Source: Octopus sinensis
Lineage: Eukaryota
Reading direction: 5' to 3'
DNA length: 64,000 nt
NCBI RefSeq assembly: GCF_006345805.1
Contig: NC_042998.1
Coordinates: forward strand, 169,322,001-169,386,000
The notes beneath the pieces were generated by a model. The model made no database searches, had not been told where the DNA came from, and saw only the letters and a program-made list of their open reading frames with translations. Position numbers and translations under genes: made by a program. This document shows, one piece after another, positions 24,972 through 36,378 of the stretch (positions are counted from its first letter, which is position 1; each line of letters opens with the position of its first letter).

Positions 24972-25712
24972 TTTTTTGGCTGCTATGTATTTTTAAGATT
25001 TTTTAGACGAATGATTCCAATGATGTCTTAGACTGAATAAATGGTGTTTTTCCATCATTACATTCATCTGTGGTTAATACAAATTATTTTTAAGCATAGT
25101 CAACACTCATGATTAAATTTTAGCTTGTGTAATTTTCCATAATTCTTTTATGGCCTTCGTCCGGCCCGCTATCCGTCATTAATACTCGATCCGGCCCGTG
25201 GAGGCAAAGATGTTGCCGACCCCTGCCTTACAGCATGTTTTTTCATTTTATTGGCCTGAGGTGGCGAAAGATAAATTTGACTAACAGAATTTGAACTCGT
25301 AACATAAAGAAGCAAAACTAAAACGGTATAAAATATTTATGCTAGCTTTTTTAGCGGATATGTTATTCAGCTAGCTTTGGGATTATCTGTCGATGTATTA
25401 CCATATTAAGGAGGTGAGCAAGCAGAGTCGTAAAGACGCTGGCGGGAAAATGCTTAAAGGCATTTCATCCCTCTTTACGCTAGGAGTTCAACTTCCGCCG
25501 AGGTCAACTTTACCTTTCATCCTTTCTTAGTCGAGTACTGGGGTCGAAGAAATCGACTAGCCCCCTTCCCCAAAGTTGATGGCTTTGTGCTAAAAACTGA
25601 AACCGATATATCACCATATTTCTGTAGAAAAAGACATTATTAACCAGCGAACTTGTGAAACTTCAACTTTTCTGCCGTCAGTTTATTCCACGTATGCTTT
25701 CAATGGTTTTTC

Positions 25713-26144
25713 GGATCTTTTCGGTTTGAACGGCAGTTTTTTCTAGCGGTGTCATATGAAATTGTCACCCATAATTATGACCCTAGTATCGATTTATTGC
25801 ATTTCAATCTGTTTTAGGGTTAGGGTTAGGGTTAGTTAGGGTTAGGGGTGGGGGAAAGGGTATCTTTTTTTCTTTACAAATGTAAATAAACCCAATCTGT
25901 TTCTTAAACAAGGGACATATTCATACGGCACAGAATTTTTTTTTACCTCAATAGACGTCAGTGATTGGTTGAAATTGCAGAAATTGAAGAAAAAAAAACA
26001 AATATCTTACAAACTATAGAATTTTCTCAATAAAGCCAAGAGAAAAAAATGTTTTATAAACGCATTTTACCAGTATACGGAGTTTAACATTTTTTAGTTA
26101 CCTAGAAATTATGTTAAAAACTGCCGTTCAAACCGAAAAGATCC
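25713..26144 (-). mobile_element. MITE with GGATCTTTTCGGTTTGAACGGCAGTTTT TIRs, copy 1 (opposite orientation)
   Basis: 28-bp TIRs. Internal homology to the three other copies. Contains a TTAGGG-like run. Superfamily not determined. Confidence 0.9.
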
Positions 26145-26640
26145 AAATTTTCTTATTTACTCCAATAAAAAAAAAAGATTTTTGCCTAGTTAAATAGGAA
26201 AAAAAGATGCAATAATTGACGGTATTTTGTGTCATAAAGAATTTGACGTCAAACAATTTTTCCACTTATTCAGATTTAATCTGATACGATGAGGAAATAA
26301 AAGAAAAACTTTCCCTCAACGTTTCTTCATATGAATCGGGACAAAGAATCTAGAAAATTCATTTGGAGATGGCGTAACCGCTTATAAAATATTCTACGTT
26401 TACGGAACACACTTGCTATAAACTAGAAAAAATCTTCGTATCTAAATTCCATTTGCTCATTTAAAAATAATTATAAACAAGAGAAAAATCAAGGTAAAGT
26501 ATGCATAATTGAAAATAAAACTCGATAGATAAATGATGTGCTTGCATAAAACCTTTGTATCTTCATATCACAACACAAAAACTTCTGTTTTAAATTTTTC
26601 CTTTGATTCTTAGCATCATCGCTAACTTATCAATTGTAAC

Positions 26641-27056
26641 GGATCTTTTCGGTTGGAACGGCAGTTTTTAACATAATTTCTAGATAACTAAAAAATTTTA
26701 AACTTCGTATACTGGTAGAGTGTGTTTATAAAACATCTTTTTCTCTTGGCTTTGAGAAAATTCTATAGTTTGTTAGATATTTGTTTTTTGTTTTTTTTTT
26801 TCAATTTCTACAATTTCAACCAATCAATGACGTCTATTGAGGTGAAAACATTCTGTGCCGTATGAATATGTCCCTCGTTTAAGAAACAGATTGGGTTTAT
26901 TTACATTTGTGAAGAAAAAAAAGATACCCTTCCCCACACCCCTAACCAACCCTAAAACAGATTGAAATGCAATAGATCGATACTAGGGTCATAATTATGG
27001 GTGAAAATTTCATATGACACCGCTAGAAAAAACTGCCGTTCAAACCGAAAAGATCC
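26641..27056 (+). mobile_element. GGATC-TIR MITE copy 2
   Basis: TIRs at both ends. Flanked by a 24-bp direct repeat. Confidence 0.9.
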
Positions 27057-28827
27057 GCATCGCTAGCTTATCAATTGTAACTAGCCACGAGGGACACATC
27101 TACACGATCGTTCGAGCTGCTAAAAATAGCAACCTAATCTCCCTAAGATCATACATTAGTATCTTAAAAATAATAGCATATAAGGTTTTGCATTTCTAAA
27201 TGCATTAAGTATGAAGAAAAGACAAAATGTTGCCTGCTGAAACGTTTTTGATCATTCTGTTAGATCAAGACCAACCTGTGGCTAAATATCAACATTTGTC
27301 AAAGAAATTAACATTTCTAGGTGGAGGGTGATGCCCACATAATCATGAATTTTGAGATTTATAGCGAAACGAAAATGGTAATGTAGCTTTTATTCTTTTC
27401 GGAATAGTATAAGTAATGTTGGAGAAACTACTGAATAAATCATTACTGCACCCTTAAACATATGGATAAATTAATAAGGGAGAACCGGGACTACACCAAA
27501 CTCCAATATATTTACTTATTAAAAAAAGTGACCAAGATACAGAAGTCCATCACGGTGTTATTTGAAGTCATTAAATTAAAGTAGATATTTTATTTTCTTT
27601 GCTGCTTCAATAACAATATCTAATAATCGATACAAGAGCACAAAGTTTGAAGGCCGATGCAGTCGATTAAGTCAACTCGAAAGGACTTGAACACTTTTTT
27701 TTTCGGTGTGCTACAGGTTCCGAAGACCACCATCTTGTTTCTGTTAAAATCATAAATTGTATTATATTATCACTAGTGACTAGTGTTAACCCTGCGAGCT
27801 GGCAGAATCGCTAACACGCCGGGCTAAATGTTTAACGGTGCTTCTTCCGGCTTTGCTTTTTTTTTTCTCATTTCAAATGCCACCGAGGTTGACTTTGCTG
27901 TTCATCTTTTCCGATTGATAAACTAAAGTACTAGTGGAGCACTGAATTCGATGTAAGTGTGTAATCGGCGTCTTGTCTCTATTCTCAAAATTCCTGGCTT
28001 TGTTCCAAAATTAGAAAGAAATATTATTGTTATTGTTGCAAGAGCAGGGAACCGAAGGAATCATTAGAACGTCAAGCAAAATACTTTGCGACATTTAGTT
28101 ACAACCTTTGACGTTCTGAGTTCACCGAGGTCAGCTTTACTTTTCATCTTTCCGGGGTTCGATAAAATAAAGTACTGGAGTCAACATAATCGACTAGCCC
28201 CATCCTCCAAATCTAAGGCTGCATGCCTATGTTAGAAACGTTTGTTAGCATCTAACGGATGTTAGATATGGGTGGGGTAGACCAACTGCGTTGCCCTATT
28301 TAGTTGCACCCTTTACATCGGACATGGGGCAACATTTTGGAGAAGCGGGTCGCATGAGACATAGCTCATCATCAGACGGGCCACACAAGTGAAACTTAGC
28401 GGGCCGCAGGTTGCTTTTGACAGCTTTACATATCAAGCTGAAAATCTAACGCGGTTGCTGTTTGTCCTTCATTCACCCGTAGTACTTGAAATGTGATGGA
28501 TGCAGGGTGAAAGATTAAATCAATTTATCCGTTCCTCTCAACAGTTGCCGGTCTTGTCCCCATGTAAGAAATTGTTATTGTTGTAAGTACAGGAATATTG
28601 CCGAACATCGAATCTTTGGATTCCTTTGTCCCACGTTAATATCTACCTATTTTCCTATATGCCTTTAGTTAAGAGAAGTTAGATTTTACAGGGTAAAATA
28701 AGGGATCTTTTCGGTTTGAACGGCAGTTTTTAACATAATTTCTAGGTAACTAAAGAATTTTAAACTTCGTATACTGGTAGAATGTGTTTATAAAATCTCT
28801 TTTTCTCTTGGCTTTATTTGTAAGATA

Positions 28828-30026
28828 CGAGGGCGTTCAATAAGTAATGCCCCTGACCCACTTCCCATAGCAGTAGAGCAATGAAACTTGGCACAGTTAT
28901 TAGTCTTTTTCTACATAGGAACCACCCAGAGTTACGCATTTCTCCCATCGTTTGATCCAGCTCTGGAGACCGTTTTTGTAGAAGACCCCAGCTTGGTCCT
29001 CCAACCACGACGTGACTTCAGAAATCAAGGCTGCATCATCTGGGAAACGCTTTCCTTTCAAAAACAACTTCATGGCTGGGAAGAGGTGAAAATCAGAGGG
29101 TGCAAGGTCAGGAGAGTAGGAGGGATGGGGGAGGAGTTCATAGCCGCACGCCTGTGCTTCTGATCTGGCGACAAGCGAGTTGTGGACCGGAGCGTTGTCC
29201 TGCAAGAGGAGGATGCCTTTGCTGATCTTGCCCCGCCTCTTGATTTTGATAGCTTCTCTTAATTTCCTCAAAAGTGAAGCATAATAGGCTCCTGTAATTG
29301 TGGTACCCTTTGCCAGGAAATCTGTCATCACTACTCCGTCCTGGACCCAGAAGACTGTGAGCATGACCTTGCCAGCGGAGGGTTGCACCCTTGCCTTCTT
29401 TGGATGAGGTGAGTCACGGTGCTTCCACTGCATTGACTGGGCTTTGGTCTCTGGATCATAGTGATGGACCCAGGTTTCATCCTGTGTAATCAGTCTTTTG
29501 AAAAATTTTGACTCATCTTCTTGGCACATCTCCAAATTCATCCTCGAGCACTCGACGCGTTCTTGCTTCTGGAAAGGTGTGAGCAACCTGGGAATCCATC
29601 TGTCAGACACCTTTTGCATATGCAAATGGTCATGAATGATAGTTTCCACAGACCCGGTACTAATCTTGACCTCATGGGCTATTTGGCGAATAGTTATGCG
29701 TCGATCTTCCAAAATGGCAGCCTCAACTTGACGGACAGACGTCTCATCAACGGCAGAAGGGGGGCGACCAGATCTGGGAGCTGTTTCCACAGAGTTCCGA
29801 CCATGTTTGAATTCACGATGCCAGCGTTTTACACGGTCATATGATGGGGCATCATCACCATAAGTTACTTTCATTTCATCAAAAGTCTCCCGTGGTGTGC
29901 GTCCTTTCAAATACAAAAACCGGATCACTGCTCGACACTCAACAGGCTCCATTTCCCACTTGACTCAGTTCAAACACCTGTAAATCAGAAACCACAACAG
30001 AGGCATTACTTATTGAACGCCCCTCG
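28828..30026 (-). mobile_element. Full-length mariner transposon (1199 bp)
   Basis: TIRs CGAGGG(G)CGTTCAATAAGTAATGCC differing by one base, TA TSD at 28826-27 and 30027-28, intact ORF. Confidence 0.97.
28900..29952 (-). CDS. Mariner DD34D transposase, 350 aa, uninterrupted
   Basis: HTH N-terminus, WIPRLL (WVPHEL-like) linker, TQDETW, LQDNAP and YSPDLAPSD. 34 residues lie between the second and third Asp. Confidence 0.97.
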   Translation of the reverse strand: MEPVECRAVIRFLYLKGRTPRETFDEMKVTYGDDAPSYDRVKRWHREFKHGRNSVETAPRSGRPPSAVDETSVRQVEAAILEDRRITIRQIAHEVKISTGSVETIIHDHLHMQKVSDRWIPRLLTPFQKQERVECSRMNLEMCQEDESKFFKRLITQDETWVHHYDPETKAQSMQWKHRDSPHPKKARVQPSAGKVMLTVFWVQDGVVMTDFLAKGTTITGAYYASLLRKLREAIKIKRRGKISKGILLLQDNAPVHNSLVARSEAQACGYELLPHPSYSPDLAPSDFHLFPAMKLFLKGKRFPDDAALISEVTSWLEDQAGVFYKNGLQSWIKRWEKCVTLGGSYVEKD

Positions 30027-30611
30027 TATTTGTTGGTTTTTTCTTCTTCAATTTCTGCAATTTCAACCAATCGGTGACGTCCATTGAGGTAAAAAAACAT
30101 TCTGTGCCGTATGAATATGTCCCTTGTTTAAGAAACAGATTGGGTTTATACATTAGTGAAGAAAAAAAGATACCTTCCCCCACCCCTAACTAACCCTAAA
30201 ACAGATAGAAATGCAATAGATCGATACTATGGTCATAATTATGGGTGACATAATTATGGGTGACACCGCTAGAAAAAACTGCCGTTCAAACCGAAAAGAT
30301 CCTAAATGAGTAGCAGTATTTCTTCCGTCTTTGTTTTGAGTTCAAATATCACCGAGATGAACTTTACTTTTCATCCTTTCGGGGTTGATAAAATAAGTAC
30401 CATTTAAGTACTGAGATCGATGTAATCGACTATCAGCCTCCCTCAAATTTCAAGCCTTAAGCCTATAGTAGAAAGGACTATTACTGTCGCTAAAGCTAAT
30501 GATGATTTTTTTTTTCTTTTTGTTTAATATGGCCATTAGACCTATTAGAAATGACAGTCAATTTCCTTTCTAACCATATTCAAATAAAAAGGACACATTA
30601 GAATAATATAG

Positions 30612-31018
30612 GGATCTTTTCGTTTTGAACGGCAGTTTTTAACATAATTTCTAGGTAACTAAAAAATTTTAAACTTCGTATACTGGTAGAATGTGTTTAT
30701 AAAACCTCTTTTTCTCTTGGCTTTATTGAGAAAATTCTATAGTTTGTAAGATATTTGGGGGTTTTTTCTTCAATTTCTGCAATTTCAACTAATCACTGAC
30801 GTCCATTGAGGTAAACAACATTCTGTGCCGTATGAATATGTCCTTCGTTTAAGAAACAGATTGGGTTTATTTACATTTGTAAAGAAAAAAAGATACCCTT
30901 CCCCCTAACCAACCCTAAAATAGATTGAAATGCAATAGATCGATACTAGGGTCATAGTTATGGGTGACAATTTCATAAGACACTGCTAGAAAAAACTGCC
31001 GTTCAAACTGAAAAGATC
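30612..31018 (+). mobile_element. GGATC-TIR MITE copy 4
   Basis: TIRs at both ends. Flanked by a ~111-bp direct repeat. Confidence 0.9.
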
Positions 31019-31288
31019 GATGATTTTTTTTTTCTTTTTGTTTAACATGGTAAATATGTACTATTAGAAATGACAGTCAATTTCCTTTCTAACCATATTC
31101 AAATAAAAAAGACACATTAGAATAATATAGTCGGAGATATATTTTCGGAAAATAATATTGCTAGTCTACTTGACCAGCGCTGGCGTGGAATATACCACCA
31201 ACAACCTTCTCAGAAGTGAACTGAATCTATGAACGTTAACATCAATCATTATGCTCTACAAAACATTTATCATATTGGATTAAAGTAA

Positions 31289-31564
<276 letters not shown>

Positions 31565-31602
31565 TGAGCTTCTAGGGATTTTATTGGGATATTTTATTAA
31601 AA

Positions 31603-32005
31603 CTAGCTGGCAGAATCGTTCGCACGCCGGGTGAAATGCTTAGCAGTATTTCGTCTGTCGTTACGTTGTGAGTTCAAATTCCGCCGGGGTCAACTTTGCC
31701 TTTCATCCTTTCGGGGTCGATAAATTAAGTACCAGTTACGCACTGGGGTCGATATAATCGACTTAATACCTATGTCTGTCCTTGTTTGTCCCCTCTATGT
31801 TTAGCCCCTTGTGGGTAATAAAGAAATAAGTATTTCGTCTGCCGCTACGTTTTGAGTTCACATTCCGCCGAGATCGACTTTGCCTTTCATCTTTTCGGGA
31901 TCGATAAATTAAGTACCAGTTAAACACTGGAGTCGATTACATCGACTTATCCCCTTCCCCAAAAATTGCTGTCCTTGTGGCAAAATTTGAAATCACTATT
32001 ATTAA
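31603..32005 (+). mobile_element. SINE A dimer: Tx1-tail copy directly followed by a 5'-truncated alternative-tail copy (intronic)
   Basis: First copy ends at GGGTAATAAAGAAAT (31827). The second starts mid-head at TATTTCGTCTGCC and ends GCAAAATTTGAAATCACTATTATT. Confidence 0.88.
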
Positions 32006-32227
32006 GAAGGCGGCGAGCTGACAGAATTGTTAGCACGCCGGGAAAATGCTTAGCAGCATTTCGCCCGTCTTTACGTTCTGAGCTCAAATTCCATCGAGGT
32101 CGATTTTGCCCATCATCTTTTCTAAATTGATAAACATATGTACCAGTTGAACAGTGAGGTCGATGAAATTGACTAGTCACCTCAGACTTCAAGTCTTGCG
32201 GCCATAGCTGCAACGACTTTATACATA

Positions 32228-32739
32228 CCGTAGATCCTCGAGTATAGTCCGCCCTTGAGTATAATACGCAGGGGATTTTTAGTGGGCTGTACCTCTGAAA
32301 AACCTAAACCTTGTGTATAATACACACCCCTTCTCCAACTTGATTCAAGGAGGTTTATATAACGTCCTTGGTTTCTATAAATGTGTATGGTAACGTCCTT
32401 TATTATTATTGTATATATAACATAATGCAAACGAGTAGCCTTTTTTGTGCATTTTGTTTGCAGAAAATAAAGAAATAACTGTAATAAGTCACAACGTTTA
32501 ATAAATGTTGCTTATTGCAAGTTATGGATGATCCTTTTGACTTCATTGCTTTCAGGCTTAGCTTAAGGTATTTTCGCGCCCGACATCACAAAATGCGTCT
32601 GAATAAACATTGTCGGACAGCAAATAGAGATTCGGACGGACATTGCTTAGAAAATAATTTTCATTTTTAACCTCGTATAGAGTACGCACAAGGGATTTTG
32701 ACATTAAATTGGGGTGGGGTTATACTCAAGGATTTACGG
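32228..32739 (+). mobile_element. TA-flanked MITE copy 2, between two 231-bp direct repeats containing a SINE
   Basis: Homologous to 15916-16431. Flanks 31997-32227 and 32740-32970 differ at about 13 positions. Confidence 0.9.
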
Positions 32740-32984
32740 TATTATTAACAAGGCGGCGAGCTGACAGAATCGTTAGCACGCCGGGAAAATGCTTAGCAGC
32801 ATTTCGTCCGTCTTTACGTTCTGAGCTCAAATTCCGCCGAGGTTGATTTTGCCCCTCATCTTTTCTAAATTGATAAACATATGTACCAGTTGAACATTGA
32901 GATCGATGAAATCGACTAGTCATCTCAGACTTCAAGTCTTGCGGCCATAGCTGCAACGTCTTTGTACATAGGGATTAAGTATCA

Positions 32985-33215
32985 AGTCGTACGGGAGAGG
33001 GGTTCCTTAGAGTTACAGTTCTGAGCAAAAGGAAGAATTTAATCTGACAAGTGAAAACTGATAGTGGTGATGAAAAAGGAGATGGTTGCGTTAGGTTAGA
33101 GGTATCGTTTATGCTACATATTCAGGGGAGCAGAAGCCGTAGTATCCGTAGAAAAGGTAGTAAGTGGGGAAGAGCACATCCGTAAAAATTGGAGCATGTT
33201 GGTGAGTGAATGTTT
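32985..33215 (-). mobile_element. Highly decayed L2/Crack-like LINE C-terminal fragment
   Basis: Minus-strand peptides LFYGYYGFCSPE and SFLLRTVTLRNPSP resemble LFYRYYHGxCSxEL and SFFPRTxxLWNSLP. Confidence 0.45.
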
Positions 33216-33721
33216 TGCTAATAATTTGAAGTACCTTCTTTTTATTATACTCGTTTTGGCATTATTTTAAGATTAAGTTCTTAAACTTATAAATGCATAT
33301 AAAGATATATGGTTTGGGTCAAAAATCATGCACCAAGGCATTTGTCGTTTTATTCATGTTATTATTATTATCGAAAGGATAAATGGCAAAGTCGATTCCA
33401 CTGAGGTCAACTTTACCTTTCATCCTTTCGGATCGATAAAATAAGTACCAGTGAGCACTGGGGTTGATGTAATTAACTTAATTGGTGGCCTTGTGCCAAA
33501 CATTTGAAATCATTATTATTCATGTTGTTCATAATGTACATAAGTATTCGTCATTTTATTTTATTTTATTTTAGAATAATTGAAGCATGTCTTTGACAAT
33601 TCCGAAGCGTATTGAACTTATTTTGTGCGTGACTTTTGGCCCACTCTGAATAATAATCTATAACCATAGCAATATAGTTTACAAAATTGAAACCTGTCAT
33701 AAGACGTCTCGCCATAGTTAA

Positions 33722-33928
<207 letters not shown>

Positions 33929-34604
33929 GAAGGTATCAACTAAAACTTGACGGTAATATATGTATTAGATCCGTGGCAACAGGTTAACAGAAACTTTAGA
34001 GCGTCAGACAAATGACTTTTGCTATTCTATTACGATTACTTAAGATCTTAGTTCAAATTCCACCAACGTCAAATTTGTCTTATCCTTTTTGAGTCGATAA
34101 AGTAAGTACCAACCGAGTACTAGATCGATTTAATACATTATACCTATCTCCCAAGTGAGGTCTTATACCTACGTTAGAAATCAACATATTTATAAGAATG
34201 TTCAGTACAACAAAGATTTTAAATATACTAATAAAAAAAATATTAAGTAGTTTGATATTTTTATTATTTGAAAATAATAGAAAATAGTTTCTCCCGGTTC
34301 CGATTTCACTAATACCTAGATAAATATACATTTCTTTATTCGAGGAGATCCCTTCAATGAAGTACTGTGTTGAAAAACGGAGTATATCTCAAAATCAGGC
34401 GAAACGAAATCTTCTCAGAAGTGAAAAAGAATGACAGATATCAATATTTTGCAGTTATTTCTGCTTTTTAGTGTCACTCTTCCACTACTGAGCCAGCTGG
34501 ATATATATATATATATATATACACACATACACACAGAAAGCGTAAAAGCTATTTGCTGATATGCAAACACGTCGAAGAAATTCAGAATTTACGTCTGGAG
34601 CGTT

Positions 34605-34633
34605 AGGCGGCGACTAAGCAGAATCGTTAGCAC
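34605..34633 (+). mobile_element. 5' stub of the SINE A copy that hosts Tx1 array 1
   Basis: AGGCGGCGACTAAGCAGAATCGTTAGCAC matches the SINE A head. The remainder of the SINE resumes at 43328. Confidence 0.85.
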
Positions 34634-34859
34634 TTCGTTTGACGTCGGTTGTGTTTTTTTCGGCTCCTGAGAGTTCGGTGGAAAGGAACAAAAAGTGAAT
34701 AGTTGTGTTTATGTTAAAACCTGTTTTAATTGTCTTGTTTAAAAAATTGTTTGAACTGTTGCTGGTTTTGAACCAGGAAAACTTTGTTTTCCCCTCCTCA
34801 CGGAGGGGAACTGCTGCACATTAAAATACACGAAAAAAACACACACATTTGTCCAAAAA

Positions 34860-36342
34860 TGTCAAAAAATGATGAAATAGTAGGTTTACCTACACAAAAA
34901 AATATGAAAATTGCGGAAGAAGAAAAAATTGCGGAAGACACGACTTCCAAGGAAGCTGTGAAAACAGCAAAAGCGAATGAAGGTTCGCCGATTAAAAAGG
35001 CTACGAAAACGGATAAAGTTACGGAAGGTGTGACTTCCGATGAAACTGTGAAAACAGCAAATGTACCAAGTGAAAAAACCAAGATGTTCAACTTCGCTGC
35101 CGCTGCTGGTAGGAAGACAGAGGAAGTAAAGATGGAGGAGGTGGAATACGAAAAGTTTTAAAAAATGTTTAAAAAAGAAGGAAATAACGCGATAGCTGCC
35201 CTCCCACAAACAATCAAAGAGGAAACCGAGAAAAGAACGATAATTTATAAATCATATGTGATAAAAGAGAAGAGAATTGAAAGAATAACCAAAGACCAGG
35301 CGGAGAAATGCCTGAAACTAGTGTGGAGCGATATGGATTACGTGACGTGGGGGAGAAAGTTCGCAACCATAGAGGTACAATTCAGAGATGAAGAAACAGC
35401 AAAAAAACACTCCTTAACACCAATAAAGACGGAGGAAATAATTTTATTACCCTCGTATTTAGGAAGGAGAACCTCAAAAATCAGAGTGGAGGACGTGCCG
35501 CCACAGGTCGACGTGAGGTGGTTGCTTCCAGCACTGTTAATGGGGCTGGAAGAAAAAATAACAGTAATAAACATCAGAAGAGTAATAAAAGAAAATTGGA
35601 GAGGACAAGCGTTGCACGTGGTGGTGCAAGCGACCCCGGAGGCAATGGAGGAGGTTCCAGAAGGAATTCAGTTCGGGGAAGAGATTAACTTGCGGGTGGT
35701 GGTGGAGGGGCGAAAGCCACGTTGCTACGGATGTGGCGAGATAGGTCACATCCGTATGGAATGCCCCACCAGCAAGAAGGAAGAAGAAAGGAAAAAGACG
35801 GAAGAGGAGGCGGAGAAGAAAACGGAGGAAGAGGACGACTTCACAACGGTGAGGCGGAAGAAAACGCCAAAAAGGAAAAACGCGGACATAGGCCCAACCA
35901 ACCCGGGCACAATCAAAAAGAAGTCCAACTCCCAGGGGGGAAAACCATCCCCACCCAACCACGGTTCCCCACAAAAAGAGAAGCCCCCACCCAATCCACC
36001 CCCACCCCTCAGTGCCGAGCATTACCCCTCCATTTCAACCCCCTCCTCGTGTTCCCCCCCATCATACTCCCCGGGGTCCTCCCCATCACCCCCACAAAGC
36101 CCACAAAAAAGCAGATTTACAGAAGCCCAAATAGTATATGCGGCAATAGACAAAAATAATGACCGACTTAAAAGTGGAATGGGAATATCCCAAGCGCAGA
36201 AAGGGTGAAAACCCACAGAAATCTACAAAAAAATGTAGAAATTTATAAATTGGACTTACGGAACTTTAACATGTTAAATGCACAGTTCGCAGGGGACATA
36301 AAGGGTCCGCGACTCGGAGTGGACAAGTCACTGATTAATGTG
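34860..36342 (+). pseudogene. Tx1 element 1 ORF1 (RRM-like region plus CCHC knuckle), frameshifted
   Basis: ORFs 34784-35161 and 35165-36208. Contains LLPSYLGRRTSKIRVEDVPP and RVVVEGRKPRCYGCGEIGHIRMEC. The C-terminal part continues in another frame. Confidence 0.85.
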
Positions 36343-36378
36343 GACTTCCCCGCCACGACCACGGAATAAAGGTAAGTA

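Larger units (their letters stand above)
21817..25225 (+). mobile_element. Complete hAT (Buster/Charlie/SPIN-like) DNA transposon, decayed
   Basis: TIR CAGGGGTCGGTAAC / GTTGCCGACCCCTG (13/14 match), subterminal CGGCCCG repeats, perfect 8-bp TSD CCTTACAG at 21809-16 and 25226-33. Confidence 0.95.
28703..30302 (+). mobile_element. GGATC-TIR MITE copy 3, split by a mariner
   Basis: Left part 28703-28827 and right part 30027-30302 join into the MITE consensus at a duplicated TA. Confidence 0.9.

Noticed and set aside
28340-28380. Minus-strand CUGAUGA followed by a UGAG/CUCA hairpin
   Set aside because: It is followed by UGCG instead of GAAA and lies in a hAT-MITE-like relic.
1-28800. Dozens of 60-150 aa ORFs in the supplied track (poly-YI, HT, CV, SL)
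   Set aside because: They are translations of microsatellites or SINEs, with no domain signal or splice support.
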